Below, one piece after another: positions 9,059 through 19,682 of a stretch of DNA of 38,034 nt. A program made the translations under genes and the position numbers. Each line of letters opens with the position of its first letter. Positions within the stretch are counted from its first letter, which is position 1. This DNA is from Thermoproteaceae archaeon (GTDB lineage Archaea > Thermoproteota > Thermoprotei > Thermoproteales > Thermoproteaceae): positions 1-38,034 of the forward strand of contig JAJHRB010000005.1 of NCBI GenBank assembly GCA_020833025.1, written 5' to 3'. Under the pieces are notes generated by a model. It saw nothing but the letters and a program-made list of their open reading frames with translations, did not search any database and had not been told where the DNA came from.

Positions 9059-9991
9059 CTCGGCGAGCGCTCTCGGCGGCAGCAGACGCGCGGCAATTAC
9101 GCGCGTTGCAATGACGAGGTTTTTTACCAGGCGGGCCCTGGTGGCGAGCCCCACGCCGCCGATGTTGGGCGTGAGATAGGAGGCTCTCTCCGCGACGGTC
9201 CTCTCGTCGACATCAAAGTACCACCTCCTCGTGATGGGGTCGTACTTGCCGCCGATCCCGACGACGACGGCGCCAGGCTTGATCATGTCTCCCGTCAGTC
9301 TCCACGCGCCCTCTCTGTAGAGCTCTGGCGGTCTCCCCACGGCGGATATCACTATGTCAGCATTTTTAATGTAGTACAGTTTATCCTTGCTCATGATGTG
9401 AAGGACTGTCACTGTTGCGTCAAGCTGCATTAGCATTATTGCCAGCGGCAGCCCGACGAGACTGCCCTTGCCGATGATGGCTACGTCCCTCCCTTTGACG
9501 CCCACGCCGTAGAGCCTGAAGAGCTCGAGCACTCCCGCGGGCGTGCACGGCAGGATGTCTCGGTTGAGGTCGAAGCCCGCCAGCAGCCGCCTCCTAGTGC
9601 TCGTGGTGAGCCCGTCCACGTCCTTCGCGGGCGGTATCGTTTCAATTACCCTGCTCTCGTTGATAAACGGCGGCAGTGGCTTCTGCACGAGTATTCCAGT
9701 GACGTCGTCGCGCGCAGCCAGCCTCTTCACTAGCCTCAGCGCCTCGGCCTCCCTTCTCTCCGGCGGTACCCTGTATAGTTCGTGCACCTCTATCTCGCCA
9801 CCCACTGCCCTGATGTCCCGCGCCTTGAGGCTCACGAACTTTGCCTGAGTCTCGAGCTCCACAGGGTCGTCGTTGAGCAGTAACACTGAGAGCTTTGGCG
9901 TTATGCCATACCGCTCGAGCTCTACAACCTGGCGCCTGGCCCACTCTATTGTCTCCGCGTGTAGTCTGTCCCCCCTAATTAACACAACCAT
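9017..9991 (-). CDS. folD: Bifunctional methylene-THF dehydrogenase/cyclohydrolase
   Basis: GILVQKPLP, KDVDGL, PCTPAGV, IGKGSLVGLPLA, ADIVISAVG, TPNIGGVG. Confidence 0.9.
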   Translation of the reverse strand: MVVLIRGDRLHAETIEWARRQVVELERYGITPKLSVLLLNDDPVELETQAKFVSLKARDIRAVGGEIEVHELYRVPPERREAEALRLVKRLAARDDVTGILVQKPLPPFINESRVIETIPPAKDVDGLTTSTRRRLLAGFDLNRDILPCTPAGVLELFRLYGVGVKGRDVAIIGKGSLVGLPLAIMLMQLDATVTVLHIMSKDKLYYIKNADIVISAVGRPPELYREGAWRLTGDMIKPGAVVVGIGGKYDPITRRWYFDVDERTVAERASYLTPNIGGVGLATRARLVKNLVIATRVIAARLLPPRALAELLPAETQGLSGHA

Positions 9992-10808
9992 CGGGACATA
10001 TCAAGTGCATGGGCTTTCCTGACTCGGCCCACTCTCTGAGCTGGTGCTCTACGTATGCTCTCTGCCTCTCCCTCCAGTCCCTCAGCCACGAGTCGCTCAC
10101 CCTAAGCACGGCGCGCGTGACCTCTAGCTCTTCCTCAACGTACTTGATCCGGCCGCCCTCCTCGGCCACTCTCGGAACCCTAACGCGCTCTACACTCACC
10201 TCGAGAAGCCCGTCCGCCACGGCTTGGAGAACGCGCGAGTAGAGCCTGTGCTCGTACACCAGCACTCTGTCGGCCAGTATCTGCAGCTTCTGCTCGTACG
10301 GCAGGTCCATCTTGTAAATATCCCCGATGTACACCGGCCACTGATCGACAATGGGACCGCTGTCGACCGACTCATCGACGAGGTGTACAGTGGTGCCGCT
10401 CACCCTGACGCCGGCCTTGTAGACCTCGGCATGAACTCTCATGCCGTACATGCCCTTGCCGCCAGCAAAGGGCAGCAGCGAGGGGTGAATATTGAGGATC
10501 TTCCACTTGAAGCGGTCAATAAAGTGCGAGCTCAGTATATACTCATACCCCGCCAGCGCCACGACATCAACGCCGTGACTGGTCAGAACCTCCGCTAGCT
10601 CTAGCTCTCTCCTCGCCCTGAGAACTCCCCTGTGGCGTACAAACACGGCGTCAATTCCGTAGCTCTCAGCTATCTTCCTGACGGGGGCGCCCTCGTCCGT
10701 GTAAATTATCACGGAGGGCTCGACGCCGCGCAGCACGCCAAGCCTCACATGATCGAGAATGGCCCTTGCGTTGGAGCCCCTCCAAGAGGCGAGTATTCCA
10801 ACGCGCAC
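9975..10808 (-). CDS. purN: GAR formyltransferase (folate-dependent) with a C-terminal extension
   Basis: VGILASWRGSN, LAGYEYIL, LNIHPSLLP, GTTVHLVDESVDSGPI, EHRLY. Start GTG 10808. Confidence 0.93.
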   Translation of the reverse strand: MRVGILASWRGSNARAILDHVRLGVLRGVEPSVIIYTDEGAPVRKIAESYGIDAVFVRHRGVLRARRELELAEVLTSHGVDVVALAGYEYILSSHFIDRFKWKILNIHPSLLPFAGGKGMYGMRVHAEVYKAGVRVSGTTVHLVDESVDSGPIVDQWPVYIGDIYKMDLPYEQKLQILADRVLVYEHRLYSRVLQAVADGLLEVSVERVRVPRVAEEGGRIKYVEEELEVTRAVLRVSDSWLRDWRERQRAYVEHQLREWAESGKPMHLICPDGCVN

Positions 10809-10885
10809 GTGCCCCTCTATTAAGCAAAGAATATAAGCATTGGGCCTACTCGCGCAATTCAGCGGTATTATTTTTAAGTATGCCA

Positions 10886-12151
10886 TTAAATGGAGCGCGC
10901 CGCGAGCCGCTCCGCCCACTCGACGTCAATTTCCTGCGGGTACTCTCCAGTGAAGCAGCCGAGACACGTCCCCCCGCCCAGCACCGCCCGGAAGGCATCT
11001 AGCGAGATGTAGCGCAGAGTGTCAGCGCCCACCTCGGCCCGAATCTCGTCAACGCTCCTCCTCCACGCTACTAGCTCCCTCCTGCTCTGGAAGTCCATGC
11101 CGTAAAAGCAGGGCCACCTAATTGGCGGCGACGCTATCCTCACGTGGACCTTGCTGGCGCCCGCCGCCCTCAGCAGCCTGACTACGACCCTGAGATTCGT
11201 CCCCCTTATGAGCGAGTCGTCGACTAGAAACACGCGCCTCCCGCGCACGTACTCCTCAACTACCCGAAATGCATCCTCCGCATCCCGCTGGAACGGTGGC
11301 TTCAGGAAGACCCTCCCGGCGAACCTGCTCTTAACCACAGCGTCAGCAAGCTTGAGCCCCAGCCTCTCAGCAAAGCCGGCTGCGATGTGGCGGGCGGTCT
11401 CGGGCACGTAAGCGACAACGTCTGCCTCCTCTCTCTCGCCCTCAGCAAGCGCCACGCCCAGTGCCCTCCTGACGTCGACCACAAGGCGCCCGCAGAGTCT
11501 CGACGCTGGGTGCGCGAAGTAGACGTACTCAAGCGCACATAGCTGCAGGTCTCCGGGCGCGACTCGCCACGTTTTTGTCGCGCTGCCGTAGAGTAGCGCC
11601 GTTCCCGGCGGCAGCTCGGTGCCGCCGCGTATCGCGACAGTCTCCGACGCCGCCCTGAAGGCACCGCCCTCGAGACTCACCGCCAGCGGCCTCACTCCCC
11701 TGGGATCTCTAACTGCGAGGAGCCCCCACGGCGTTATGGCAATGAACGATGCCGCCCCCACAATTCTCCCGCACGTCTCACGCACGCCGTCCTCGAGCCC
11801 GAGCTCCCAGATCTCTCTCGCCAGGCACTTGGCGAGGGCCTCGCCGTCAAACGCTGCATCTCTGTCAAGTTGCTTGTAGTTAATCGCCGTGCCGTTGAAG
11901 GCGAGGGCTATCTCCAGGTCCCGGTATTTAGCAATGACGGGCTGTAGTGCGGCGCCGTAAGGCCCTGACGTCGAGTACCTTGTGTGCACTAGCGCTGCCT
12001 GCGCGTCTTCGGGCGGCGTGCCGACTCTAAGCGCTCCGTCCCTCAGGTACGCGTAGCCGACGCCCTCCTGCCCTCTGTGCATAAGCCACGGAGTCATTCT
12101 CATAACGATGCCGCCAGCGCCCTCGCCCCACGCGCCGCCTATTCCGCACAT
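10886..12151 (-). CDS. purF: Amidophosphoribosyltransferase (catalytic copy)
   Basis: Start ATG 12151 gives MCGIGG (Cys1). Also HRGQEG, HTRYSTSG, RDPRGVRPL, VDDSLIRGT, and four Fe-S Cys (CALEY, PCFYG, CLGC). Confidence 0.96.
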   Translation of the reverse strand: MCGIGGAWGEGAGGIVMRMTPWLMHRGQEGVGYAYLRDGALRVGTPPEDAQAALVHTRYSTSGPYGAALQPVIAKYRDLEIALAFNGTAINYKQLDRDAAFDGEALAKCLAREIWELGLEDGVRETCGRIVGAASFIAITPWGLLAVRDPRGVRPLAVSLEGGAFRAASETVAIRGGTELPPGTALLYGSATKTWRVAPGDLQLCALEYVYFAHPASRLCGRLVVDVRRALGVALAEGEREEADVVAYVPETARHIAAGFAERLGLKLADAVVKSRFAGRVFLKPPFQRDAEDAFRVVEEYVRGRRVFLVDDSLIRGTNLRVVVRLLRAAGASKVHVRIASPPIRWPCFYGMDFQSRRELVAWRRSVDEIRAEVGADTLRYISLDAFRAVLGGGTCLGCFTGEYPQEIDVEWAERLAARSI

Positions 12152-12153
12152 GG

Positions 12154-14235
12154 CTACAGGGCCATCATTCTGGCAATCTCCTCTACCCTGCGCCTGTAGA
12201 CTGCCGCGCTCCCGCACCTTATCACGAACTCGTCGCCTTGCGCCCTGCCAATGGGAGCGCCAGGCCCCTCCTCGCCCGCCGCTACGAACCTGCCGTTCGA
12301 CTCGCTGAAGAGCAAGAAGTCCAGTCTTGAGGTCTCGGAGGGGGCCTTGCACACGTCAACGTCGCAGCCGACGCCGCTGTTGGCGGCCATCTTGGCAAGC
12401 GCCGTTATGAGACCGCCCACGCCCACGTCCGTGGCACCGCTCAGTCTCCCGAGCCACCTCTGCACGACGCTCACGATCTCCCTCTCGGCGCTGTAGTCAA
12501 CCTCAGGAGGCCTCCCTGCGACAATGCCGTGAACGCGCTTTAGATACTCGCTGCCGCCCACCTCCCCGCGCGTCACGCCCCACACGAATATGCTGTCGCC
12601 GTCGCGCCACACTGCCTTATTTGCCTTGGAGACGTCGTCTATCCTACCCAACACCACGACGGTCGCCGTCGGCTTCACCGGTCTGTTCGTGTACTCGTTG
12701 TACAGGCTCACCTTACCCCCGACGATGGGCACGCCGAGCGCCTCTGCGGCATCTCTGAGGCCCCGGACCGCTTGGACGAACTGCCAGTACACGCGCGGCC
12801 TCTGCGGGCTGCCCAGATTTATCGAATCAACGGCGGCTAGCGGGATCCCGCCGGCGACTGCCACATTCCTATATGCCTTGATGAGCGCGTTAGCGGCACC
12901 GAGATATGGGTCTAGGTATGTGTAGCGGGGATTCGAGTCCCCCTTGACAACTATTCCAAGCTGTCCGTATTCATATATCTTCAGCACCGCGGCGTCGCCC
13001 TCGCCGGGCTTGACCACCGTCCTGACCCCCACGTCGTAGTCGAATCTCACATACACGGACTCCTTCTTAGCCACGTTTGGAGAGGACAGCACTGCGTCTA
13101 CCGCCTTCTCCAGCGGCGGCTCTGGAATCTCTAGCAGCGCGGGTGGCTCGTAGGGCTCCTGAGGCCACTCAAAGTCCGGCGCCCCGTCTGCTAGCTCCAC
13201 TGGCACGTCGACGAGGAGGGAGCCCCTCCAGTACACCCTAATCCTGCCGCCAGCGACGAAGCGCCCTGGCACTGAGTAGGGAATGTCGTATTTGTCAAGC
13301 ACTGACGTCAGGCACCTTAGGCTCTCGGGGGACACGACAAACACGAGACGCTCCTGAGTCTCGCTGATGAGGAGCTCCTCGGGCGCCGCGGCCTGGTCGC
13401 TCACGTGCAGCTTGTCGAGGTGGAACTCCACGCCCAGGGAGAGCCAGTGCGAGAGCTCGGCAAGCGCCGTGGCCAGCCCGCCGCCCCCTAGGTCCTTTAT
13501 GTACTTAATACAGCGCCTCGCCTCCCTCACCGCGTCAATGAGCCTCTTGCCCATGAGGGGGTTTGCCACCTGAACCGCGCCCAAGTCCTCGCCCCCTTCA
13601 AGCGTTTTGCTCGCGAACGCAGAGCCGCCGAGCCCGCTTCTGTCAGCGCCGAGGCCGGCGACAACGATGAGATCTCCCGGCGAGGCGCCGCCGGGCGGCA
13701 CCTCCTCTGCCCTGACAATGCCGATGCACGTTGCGAGCACGATGGGCGTGTAAGTGAAGTCGTCGTCAAACCACGTCTCTCCCCCCACCACAGGCACGCC
13801 AACTCTGTTGCCGTAATCCGCTATTCCCCTGACGACATTTGTGAATATCCACCGCGCGTGGCGATCCTCGGGGGGGCCAAAGTGCAGATTCACCAGCAGC
13901 GCAATGGGCGTGGCGCCGACCGTGAGTATGTCCCTTATTATCCCGCCGACGCCTGTCGCCGCGCCGTTGTAAGGATCCACAGCGCTGGGGTGGTTGTGCG
14001 ACTCGATCTTAAAGCTCACGTAGAGCCCCCGTGCCACCTCGACGAGCGGCGCGTCGGTGCCCCTCCCCCGCACGACCCACGGGGCGGAGCCGGGCAGGTC
14101 GCGCAGGTACCTCCTAGTGGACTTGTAAGAGCAGTGCTCCGACCAGTGAGCCGTGAAGAGTGCAAGCTCGGCAGGCGTGGGCTCCCTCCCGAGGCCGGCC
14201 TTGATCAGCTCCAGCTCGCGCGACGACAGCGACAC
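12154..14235 (-). CDS. purL: FGAM synthase subunit PurL
   Basis: [64 protein letters not shown]. Start set at GTG 14235. Confidence 0.97.
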   Translation of the reverse strand: MSLSSRELELIKAGLGREPTPAELALFTAHWSEHCSYKSTRRYLRDLPGSAPWVVRGRGTDAPLVEVARGLYVSFKIESHNHPSAVDPYNGAATGVGGIIRDILTVGATPIALLVNLHFGPPEDRHARWIFTNVVRGIADYGNRVGVPVVGGETWFDDDFTYTPIVLATCIGIVRAEEVPPGGASPGDLIVVAGLGADRSGLGGSAFASKTLEGGEDLGAVQVANPLMGKRLIDAVREARRCIKYIKDLGGGGLATALAELSHWLSLGVEFHLDKLHVSDQAAAPEELLISETQERLVFVVSPESLRCLTSVLDKYDIPYSVPGRFVAGGRIRVYWRGSLLVDVPVELADGAPDFEWPQEPYEPPALLEIPEPPLEKAVDAVLSSPNVAKKESVYVRFDYDVGVRTVVKPGEGDAAVLKIYEYGQLGIVVKGDSNPRYTYLDPYLGAANALIKAYRNVAVAGGIPLAAVDSINLGSPQRPRVYWQFVQAVRGLRDAAEALGVPIVGGKVSLYNEYTNRPVKPTATVVVLGRIDDVSKANKAVWRDGDSIFVWGVTRGEVGGSEYLKRVHGIVAGRPPEVDYSAEREIVSVVQRWLGRLSGATDVGVGGLITALAKMAANSGVGCDVDVCKAPSETSRLDFLLFSESNGRFVAAGEEGPGAPIGRAQGDEFVIRCGSAAVYRRRVEEIARMMAL

Positions 14236-14372
14236 TGCTGTGCTCCAGGCGCGACTAAAAAGTTTAACCGACACGTTAAATTGGCGTGCCGGCAGCATTT
14301 ACACTGCCTCCGTATCTCTACTCGAATGCTTAAAGTATTACGGCGCAACTCTCTTAAATTACAGCTCGGCGC
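14236..14372. promoter_or_regulatory. Divergent purL/purE promoter region
   Basis: AT-rich boxes near 14256-14267 (minus strand) and TTAAAT near 14354-14359 (plus strand). Confidence 0.55.
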
Positions 14373-14870
14373 GTGGACGTGCGCGTTGCCGTCGTGATGG
14401 GGTCTCTCAGCGACTTGGAGGTGATGAGGGAGGCCATGGAGGTGCTGGAGGCCCTCGGGATACCGTACGAGGCTAGAGTAATAAGCGCGCACAGGACGCC
14501 GGATCTCGTCGCGGAGTATGCAAAGAGGGCGGAGGGCGAGTTCGACGTGATAATAGCCGGGGCCGGCGGCGCGGCCCACCTCCCCGGTGCCGTCGCCGCC
14601 TACACCACGCTCCCCGTGATAGGCGTGCCAATTCCGACCCGCCACCTAGGCGGTCTCGACTCCTTGCTGTCAATGACGCAAACGCCGCGCGGGGTGCCGG
14701 TGGCCGTGGTGGCAATAGGGGGGGCTGCCAACGCCGCGTTGCTGGCCGCCAGAATTCTTGGCATCAGACACGCCGGGGTGAGAGACAAGCTGAGGCAGTA
14801 CGCAGAGCAGCTCAGACGTGAGGTGCTCTCGAGGAGCTTAATTAAGGAGTTCAGGCCCGAGTCCGTCTAG
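14373..14870 (+). CDS. purE: N5-CAIR mutase / AIR carboxylase
   Basis: [43 protein letters not shown]. Confidence 0.97.
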   Translation: MDVRVAVVMGSLSDLEVMREAMEVLEALGIPYEARVISAHRTPDLVAEYAKRAEGEFDVIIAGAGGAAHLPGAVAAYTTLPVIGVPIPTRHLGGLDSLLSMTQTPRGVPVAVVAIGGAANAALLAARILGIRHAGVRDKLRQYAEQLRREVLSRSLIKEFRPESV

Positions 14871-14876
14871 TCCGGC

Positions 14877-15926
14877 TCACGTGACTATCTCGGAGAGCCT
14901 CCCCTGCTCTAAGGCCTCCCTGACTTCTATTGCGATGCGCCTGCCCATCGATATTGGCTTGCCGAAGTAAAGCTTTGAGTACTGGCCGCCAATGCCCAAG
15001 TAGACATTCGTCCCGCCCCCAATTCTCGGCGCCACGTCGTACGTCACGATCTCTAGCTGCGGCGTGACTATGAACTGCAGTGTGAACGGGCCTATCACTC
15101 CGGGCGGCACGAGCCTTCTCGCTGCATCGACAAAGCGGTGGCCTATGTCGAACACCTGCTCCAGCAGCGACTCTCTTATTGTCGCGGGCTCGTGCCCCAC
15201 CTCAACGTACCTTACATCAATGTCAAGCTCGTGCTGCTCGCGCGCCGGCAGGCGGTAAACGCCGTCAAGGTTGCTCTGAATTCTCCTGTCAATGCTGTGC
15301 AGCTCGAGCCTCCGCCTCATGACGGAATAGAAGTAATTCGCGTTGAAGTGCGCGCCAATTACGAGCTCCTCTACTGAGGCGCTCTCAAGGTCCTCCATTT
15401 TTATCACGCCGCGCTCTGCAAGCACTCTCGCCTTCTTGTAGAGATCGTCGCGGTCCCGCGCAATGAAAAAGCCCCTTTCTGCTCTCCTTCTCGCCTCTGG
15501 TATCTTGACTATAACCGGGCGGTCGACCTCGTCGGGCCTAAAAGTTCTCGGCCTCCTGATCCCCGCTTCGTCGAGAAGCTTGTAGTAGTTGCACGGGCCT
15601 GTTCTCTCCTCCCACCGGAGCATGAACCTATTGCCGAACACAGGCACGGAGAAGTGCTTCTCTATTGCGTCGTAGCCTACATAGACTGCAAATGATCTGT
15701 TCGGCACGAAAATCGCGTTCTCGGCTCTTAGGACGTCAGCTGCCCCGAGTATGTCCTTGTAATCGTCCAGGACGATCAGCCTGTCCACGACGGGAAACTC
15801 TCTGTACGCTCTGTCACGCCCCCTCCTCGCCACTGCCACAGTCCTGAACCCCTCTTCCTTGGCGCCGTCCAGCACATCGAGCGCGCTGTGCGATGCCAGC
15901 ACTGCGATTGACGCAAGCGCCCGCAC
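14877..15926 (-). CDS. purP: PurP-family ATP-grasp formate:AICAR ligase (DUF1246/DUF1297)
   Basis: [68 protein letters not shown]. Confidence 0.88.
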   Translation of the reverse strand: MRALASIAVLASHSALDVLDGAKEEGFRTVAVARRGRDRAYREFPVVDRLIVLDDYKDILGAADVLRAENAIFVPNRSFAVYVGYDAIEKHFSVPVFGNRFMLRWEERTGPCNYYKLLDEAGIRRPRTFRPDEVDRPVIVKIPEARRRAERGFFIARDRDDLYKKARVLAERGVIKMEDLESASVEELVIGAHFNANYFYSVMRRRLELHSIDRRIQSNLDGVYRLPAREQHELDIDVRYVEVGHEPATIRESLLEQVFDIGHRFVDAARRLVPPGVIGPFTLQFIVTPQLEIVTYDVAPRIGGGTNVYLGIGGQYSKLYFGKPISMGRRIAIEVREALEQGRLSEIVT

Positions 15927-16003
15927 TGCAGCTCTGCGGAATTCTGAATTAAATACATTGAGCGCGCCGGCCTCCAGACTCCTGCCTTCCGGGGTGCCCC
16001 CGG

Positions 16004-17380
16004 CTAGCCCAGAAAGCCGCGCACCTTGCCGAGCGCTATTACGTGCGCGTGAGTCTCGGCGTTAGATAGCAACGCCGCGTAAACTTCATTGATCTCGGGC
16101 TTCACGCCGAGAATGTCAAATGCCATCTCTACTTCTCTGATGGCGGAGCCTCCCAACAATTTCTCAACTCTCTTTCTGCAGTAGTACGCAGAGTCGTACT
16201 CCCACTCGCGTACGAGCGCGGGGAGGGCCTTCACTACCTCGTCCAGCGCATCCCTCTTGTAGGCCCACGCTATAAAGCGCGCGTCAAGGAGGGTGGGTGG
16301 GAGTCCCGCGAAATACCACGCGGCCGTGTAAACTATTGCACGCGGGACCCGAAGCCCCTCAATGTCCCTCCCGTACTGAGTCCAGCTGACTCTCTCCCGC
16401 GTCGAGGGCACCAGCGACGCCAGCTCTGCAATTTTTGCGAGGTACGGCTTGACGAACTCCCTGTATAGCTCCGACGCAGTAGCTATCAACTCTACCTTTA
16501 TTTCAACTCTCCGCGGGCCGCCGTGCCGCGCGAGAGCCTCCCTCACCTTTGTAAACTCGGCGTGGGAGATATCATATCTGACGGCCGACTGCAAGGTGAC
16601 TGTGTGAAATCCGGCGTATTGCTCCGCCTCCACGGCGGCGAGATATGAATTATTCATGCCGCCTCTAAACGGCGGCGAGCCAGAGCCCAGAATTGGCCAC
16701 ACGGTGTACTCCGAATTCCGGTTGATGTCATTAATTTGCTGGAGCGCGTGGACTATCGCGAGAGACGAGGCAATGTGCCCGTGCCGGACGGCGGAGTCTG
16801 AAATGCCCAGAAATACCCTGACGTGCTCAGCGCGGCGCCCCGACCGCGCTGAGGCCGACGCGACGGCCTCCACAAACTCTCTAACGCGCAGCTGCGCGAA
16901 TGCATCCTCTATGAGCGGGACGAGCTCTACGGGCTCATCCCTGCTCGTGGCTTTCAGCTCCGCAAGGCTCCTCACCTTGAGGTCAAGCGCCTTGTAGACG
17001 AACATGAGAGTCTCGAAGTCCTCTACCATCGGCAATACTATCCACCTGACTGCGTGCACTCCCGCAACGCGCGCCGAGTAGCCGTTCGCGAGCACGGAGG
17101 CCTCAAGGGACAGCATGCTGCGCTCTAAGTCCTCAAGCCTCGGGCTTGGAATTCTCGGCGTGATGAAAAACCTCCTCCCCAGAGGCAGCCCGAGGGAAAT
17201 GAACCTAGCCGCTATGTCGCGCGGCTGGGAGTAGGGAGTTGCCTTCCCCTCGTAGTCCACCATCACCTCATCGCAGCCGAAAGCAATGTGCCCGATTACT
17301 GCCTCGTCGACCTCCTCTGCAGCTGTCACGCGCGTTGTCGAGTCAGGGTGCTGCGTGCACATGAAGCGTGGGATGTGCAT
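16004..17380 (-). CDS. ppcA: Archaeal-type phosphoenolpyruvate carboxylase
   Basis: [58 protein letters not shown]. Confidence 0.95.
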   Translation of the reverse strand: MHIPRFMCTQHPDSTTRVTAAEEVDEAVIGHIAFGCDEVMVDYEGKATPYSQPRDIAARFISLGLPLGRRFFITPRIPSPRLEDLERSMLSLEASVLANGYSARVAGVHAVRWIVLPMVEDFETLMFVYKALDLKVRSLAELKATSRDEPVELVPLIEDAFAQLRVREFVEAVASASARSGRRAEHVRVFLGISDSAVRHGHIASSLAIVHALQQINDINRNSEYTVWPILGSGSPPFRGGMNNSYLAAVEAEQYAGFHTVTLQSAVRYDISHAEFTKVREALARHGGPRRVEIKVELIATASELYREFVKPYLAKIAELASLVPSTRERVSWTQYGRDIEGLRVPRAIVYTAAWYFAGLPPTLLDARFIAWAYKRDALDEVVKALPALVREWEYDSAYYCRKRVEKLLGGSAIREVEMAFDILGVKPEINEVYAALLSNAETHAHVIALGKVRGFLG

Positions 17381-17421
17381 TGCACGCGCCTCTCAGACCG
17401 TTAAAAGCATTGCTCCCGCGC

Positions 17422-18366
17422 TCAGCCCCTCAGCTGCACGCAAGTGCCGCCGGCTGCCGCGCTGGCATCGAGCCCGAGCCTCCTCAAGTACCGCGCGAAC
17501 CTCTCCCTGAGCCCGTACGCAACGTAGACGCGCTTCGGCAACGCGCGGAGCGCGAACTCCACGAGCCCGCTGAAGTCGCTGTGATCGCTGAGCGGTATTC
17601 CGTGAATCCCGCGTCTTGCGGCCTCCCGCCTGACAGCCTCGCTGGCGTACCACCCGCTCACCGCGACTCTGAAATAGCCGTAGGGTGCGTGCCGGGCGCC
17701 CGGCACTATCACTACGTTGCTGCGCCCGCCGGCGTGAAATCCGAGCGCCCTGTTATACTGCGAGATTGCGCTGTGAGTCATCACATTAGGCCCCAGCAGC
17801 CTGAAGACCTCCTGCGCCTTGCCGAGCGGGTAGGCTATCACGGCCACGCCGCCGTTCCTGGCGCGGTCCTCGACGAGATCCATCAGCTCGCTGTACACCT
17901 CAGCCCTGTTCGGGAAGATATAGGCAGGGTCGCCGTAGGTGGCCTCCATTATCAACGCATCAGGCCTCTCGACAGGCTCTGCGGCGTCTGCGAGTATGCT
18001 GCCTGCAGTGTTAAAATCTCCGGTGAACAGCAACTGCACGCCGTCTATCTCAACCAGGTACATGGCGCTGCCGGGTATGTGCCCGGCCTCGAGCACTGCC
18101 ACATGAACTCCCTCAATCTCAATCACGTCCCCCACCCTCACCGTGATGACCCTTGCTGGCGGCCGCCCGAACCTGACCGAAATAGCAGCCGCGGTCTCCC
18201 TCGTTGCGACAAGGGGGAGGCTGAGCGCGTCCCGCGTGACGTGATCGCTGTGCGCGTGCGTGACGAGGGCGAAGTCAACGCGGCGGCTCACCCAGCCGGA
18301 CGGGTCCACTGCGAGGCTCGCGCGGCGCCCGGCGACATAAATGCCGCCACCGAAGCACACGCGCAC
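17422..18366 (-). CDS. Metallo-beta-lactamase / beta-CASP family nuclease (COG1236-like)
   Basis: THAHSDH, AGHIPGS, FTGDF, MEATYG, YPLGKAQE, LSDHSDF. The start is uncertain (GTG 18366 or ATG 18396). Confidence 0.85.
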   Translation of the reverse strand: MRVCFGGGIYVAGRRASLAVDPSGWVSRRVDFALVTHAHSDHVTRDALSLPLVATRETAAAISVRFGRPPARVITVRVGDVIEIEGVHVAVLEAGHIPGSAMYLVEIDGVQLLFTGDFNTAGSILADAAEPVERPDALIMEATYGDPAYIFPNRAEVYSELMDLVEDRARNGGVAVIAYPLGKAQEVFRLLGPNVMTHSAISQYNRALGFHAGGRSNVVIVPGARHAPYGYFRVAVSGWYASEAVRREAARRGIHGIPLSDHSDFSGLVEFALRALPKRVYVAYGLRERFARYLRRLGLDASAAAGGTCVQLRG

Positions 18367-18430
18367 GGCACCGGGTCCCCCCACCTTTTCAAGCATGCCG
18401 CATTTTTTTAACATAGAGGGTCTGAGCCGC

Positions 18431-18721
18431 GTGCGTATCGAGCAGGCGCTTGAGGAGGCGAGCAAGTGTGCGTTCTGCGGGTTCTGCGAGTTCGCGTGCC
18501 CGACGTACAGAGCACTGAGAGTGAGACACATGGGGCCCAGAGGCCGCGTCACGATAGCCAGGCTCCTGGACGGGCGGCTGACCTCCACGGCCGCGGCTAG
18601 CATCATGACGTGCCTCGCGTGCGGGGCTTGCGAGGCGAGGTGCCCCCTCGGGCTTAAGATAGCGAGCATATTGCGGGCGGCCAAGGCGCGCGTGACCGCC
18701 CTTCTCGCCGGGACAACTTAA
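18431..18721 (+). CDS. Small 2x[4Fe-4S] dicluster protein (GlcF/LutA-type N-terminal module)
   Basis: CAFCGFCEFACP and CLACGACEARCP. GTG 18431 lies ~20 nt after TTTTTTTAA. Confidence 0.85.
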   Translation: MRIEQALEEASKCAFCGFCEFACPTYRALRVRHMGPRGRVTIARLLDGRLTSTAAASIMTCLACGACEARCPLGLKIASILRAAKARVTALLAGTT

Positions 18722-18746
18722 AGGCCGCTTGCGTGATGCTACGCGC

Positions 18747-19682
18747 ATGGAGCCGAGCCCCCGGTGGATAGCTGCGTTGAGGGATCTGGTGCTCTCATCG
18801 CTGAGGGAGTACGGGCTGCCGCTGCCGCTCGATAAAGGAGTGTGTTCCGAGTGGAGGAGGGGGCTGCCGAGCGGGCCCTCGCGCCGCGTGCTTTACACGT
18901 CGTGCATGTACCAGCTCGCGCCTGCGATCAGCAGGGCTGTCGGCGCGATCGAGAGGGCGGGAGCGGCGGGCGGCGGGCTCCGCGCCGCGCTCGCGTCAAT
19001 CGGCGCGAAGATTTTCGGGAGGCTGGTCGTGAGACCCGACGAGAGAGAGCTAGAGAGGACCGGCGCAATACTGCGCAGTATATACTCTCTGCTGAGGAGG
19101 GGCGGAGTTGAGTTCGGCCTGCTCGACGACGAGCCTTACTCCGGGGCGCTGCTCTACGAGCTCGGCTTTGTTGACGACTTTGCCCGGCACGCGAGAGAGG
19201 TCTACGCGCATTTCAAGCGCGCGGGCGTGAGGGAGGTCATAACGGTGGACCCGCACACTCACTACGTGCTCGAGAGGGTCTACCCCCAGTTTATTCCCGA
19301 GTTCGACATAAAGGTTGTCAGCTACATTGACCTCATTGACCCGGCCGCCGTCAAGGTTAGGGCCAGGCATTTTGTAATTCACGACTCGTGCCTATACGCC
19401 AGATTCCTCGACAGGCACGCCAGAGTGAGGGAGCTGCTGGCCAGCGGGGACCCCGTGGAGGATCCGCTAGTGACGGGCAGGGAGTCCTCGGGCTGCTGCG
19501 GCGGGCCGATCGAGTCCGTGGCCCCGGCGCTGTCTGCAAAAATCGCAAGAGAGCGCGTGGAGAGGCTCTCAAGGCTCTCGCGCACGGTCGTCGTTATGTG
19601 CCCGATATGCCTGGCCAGCCTAGGGAGGGCGGGATCGGGGCTCGTTGAAGTGAGAGACCTCTCCGAGCTTCTTGAGCTATGA
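18747..19682 (+). CDS. CCG-domain Fe-S oxidoreductase subunit (LutA/GlcF-like)
   Basis: YTSCMYQ, TVDPHT, HDSCLYAR, GCCGGP, MCPICL. ATG 18747 preferred over TTG 18729. Confidence 0.8.
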   Translation: MEPSPRWIAALRDLVLSSLREYGLPLPLDKGVCSEWRRGLPSGPSRRVLYTSCMYQLAPAISRAVGAIERAGAAGGGLRAALASIGAKIFGRLVVRPDERELERTGAILRSIYSLLRRGGVEFGLLDDEPYSGALLYELGFVDDFARHAREVYAHFKRAGVREVITVDPHTHYVLERVYPQFIPEFDIKVVSYIDLIDPAAVKVRARHFVIHDSCLYARFLDRHARVRELLASGDPVEDPLVTGRESSGCCGGPIESVAPALSAKIARERVERLSRLSRTVVVMCPICLASLGRAGSGLVEVRDLSELLEL

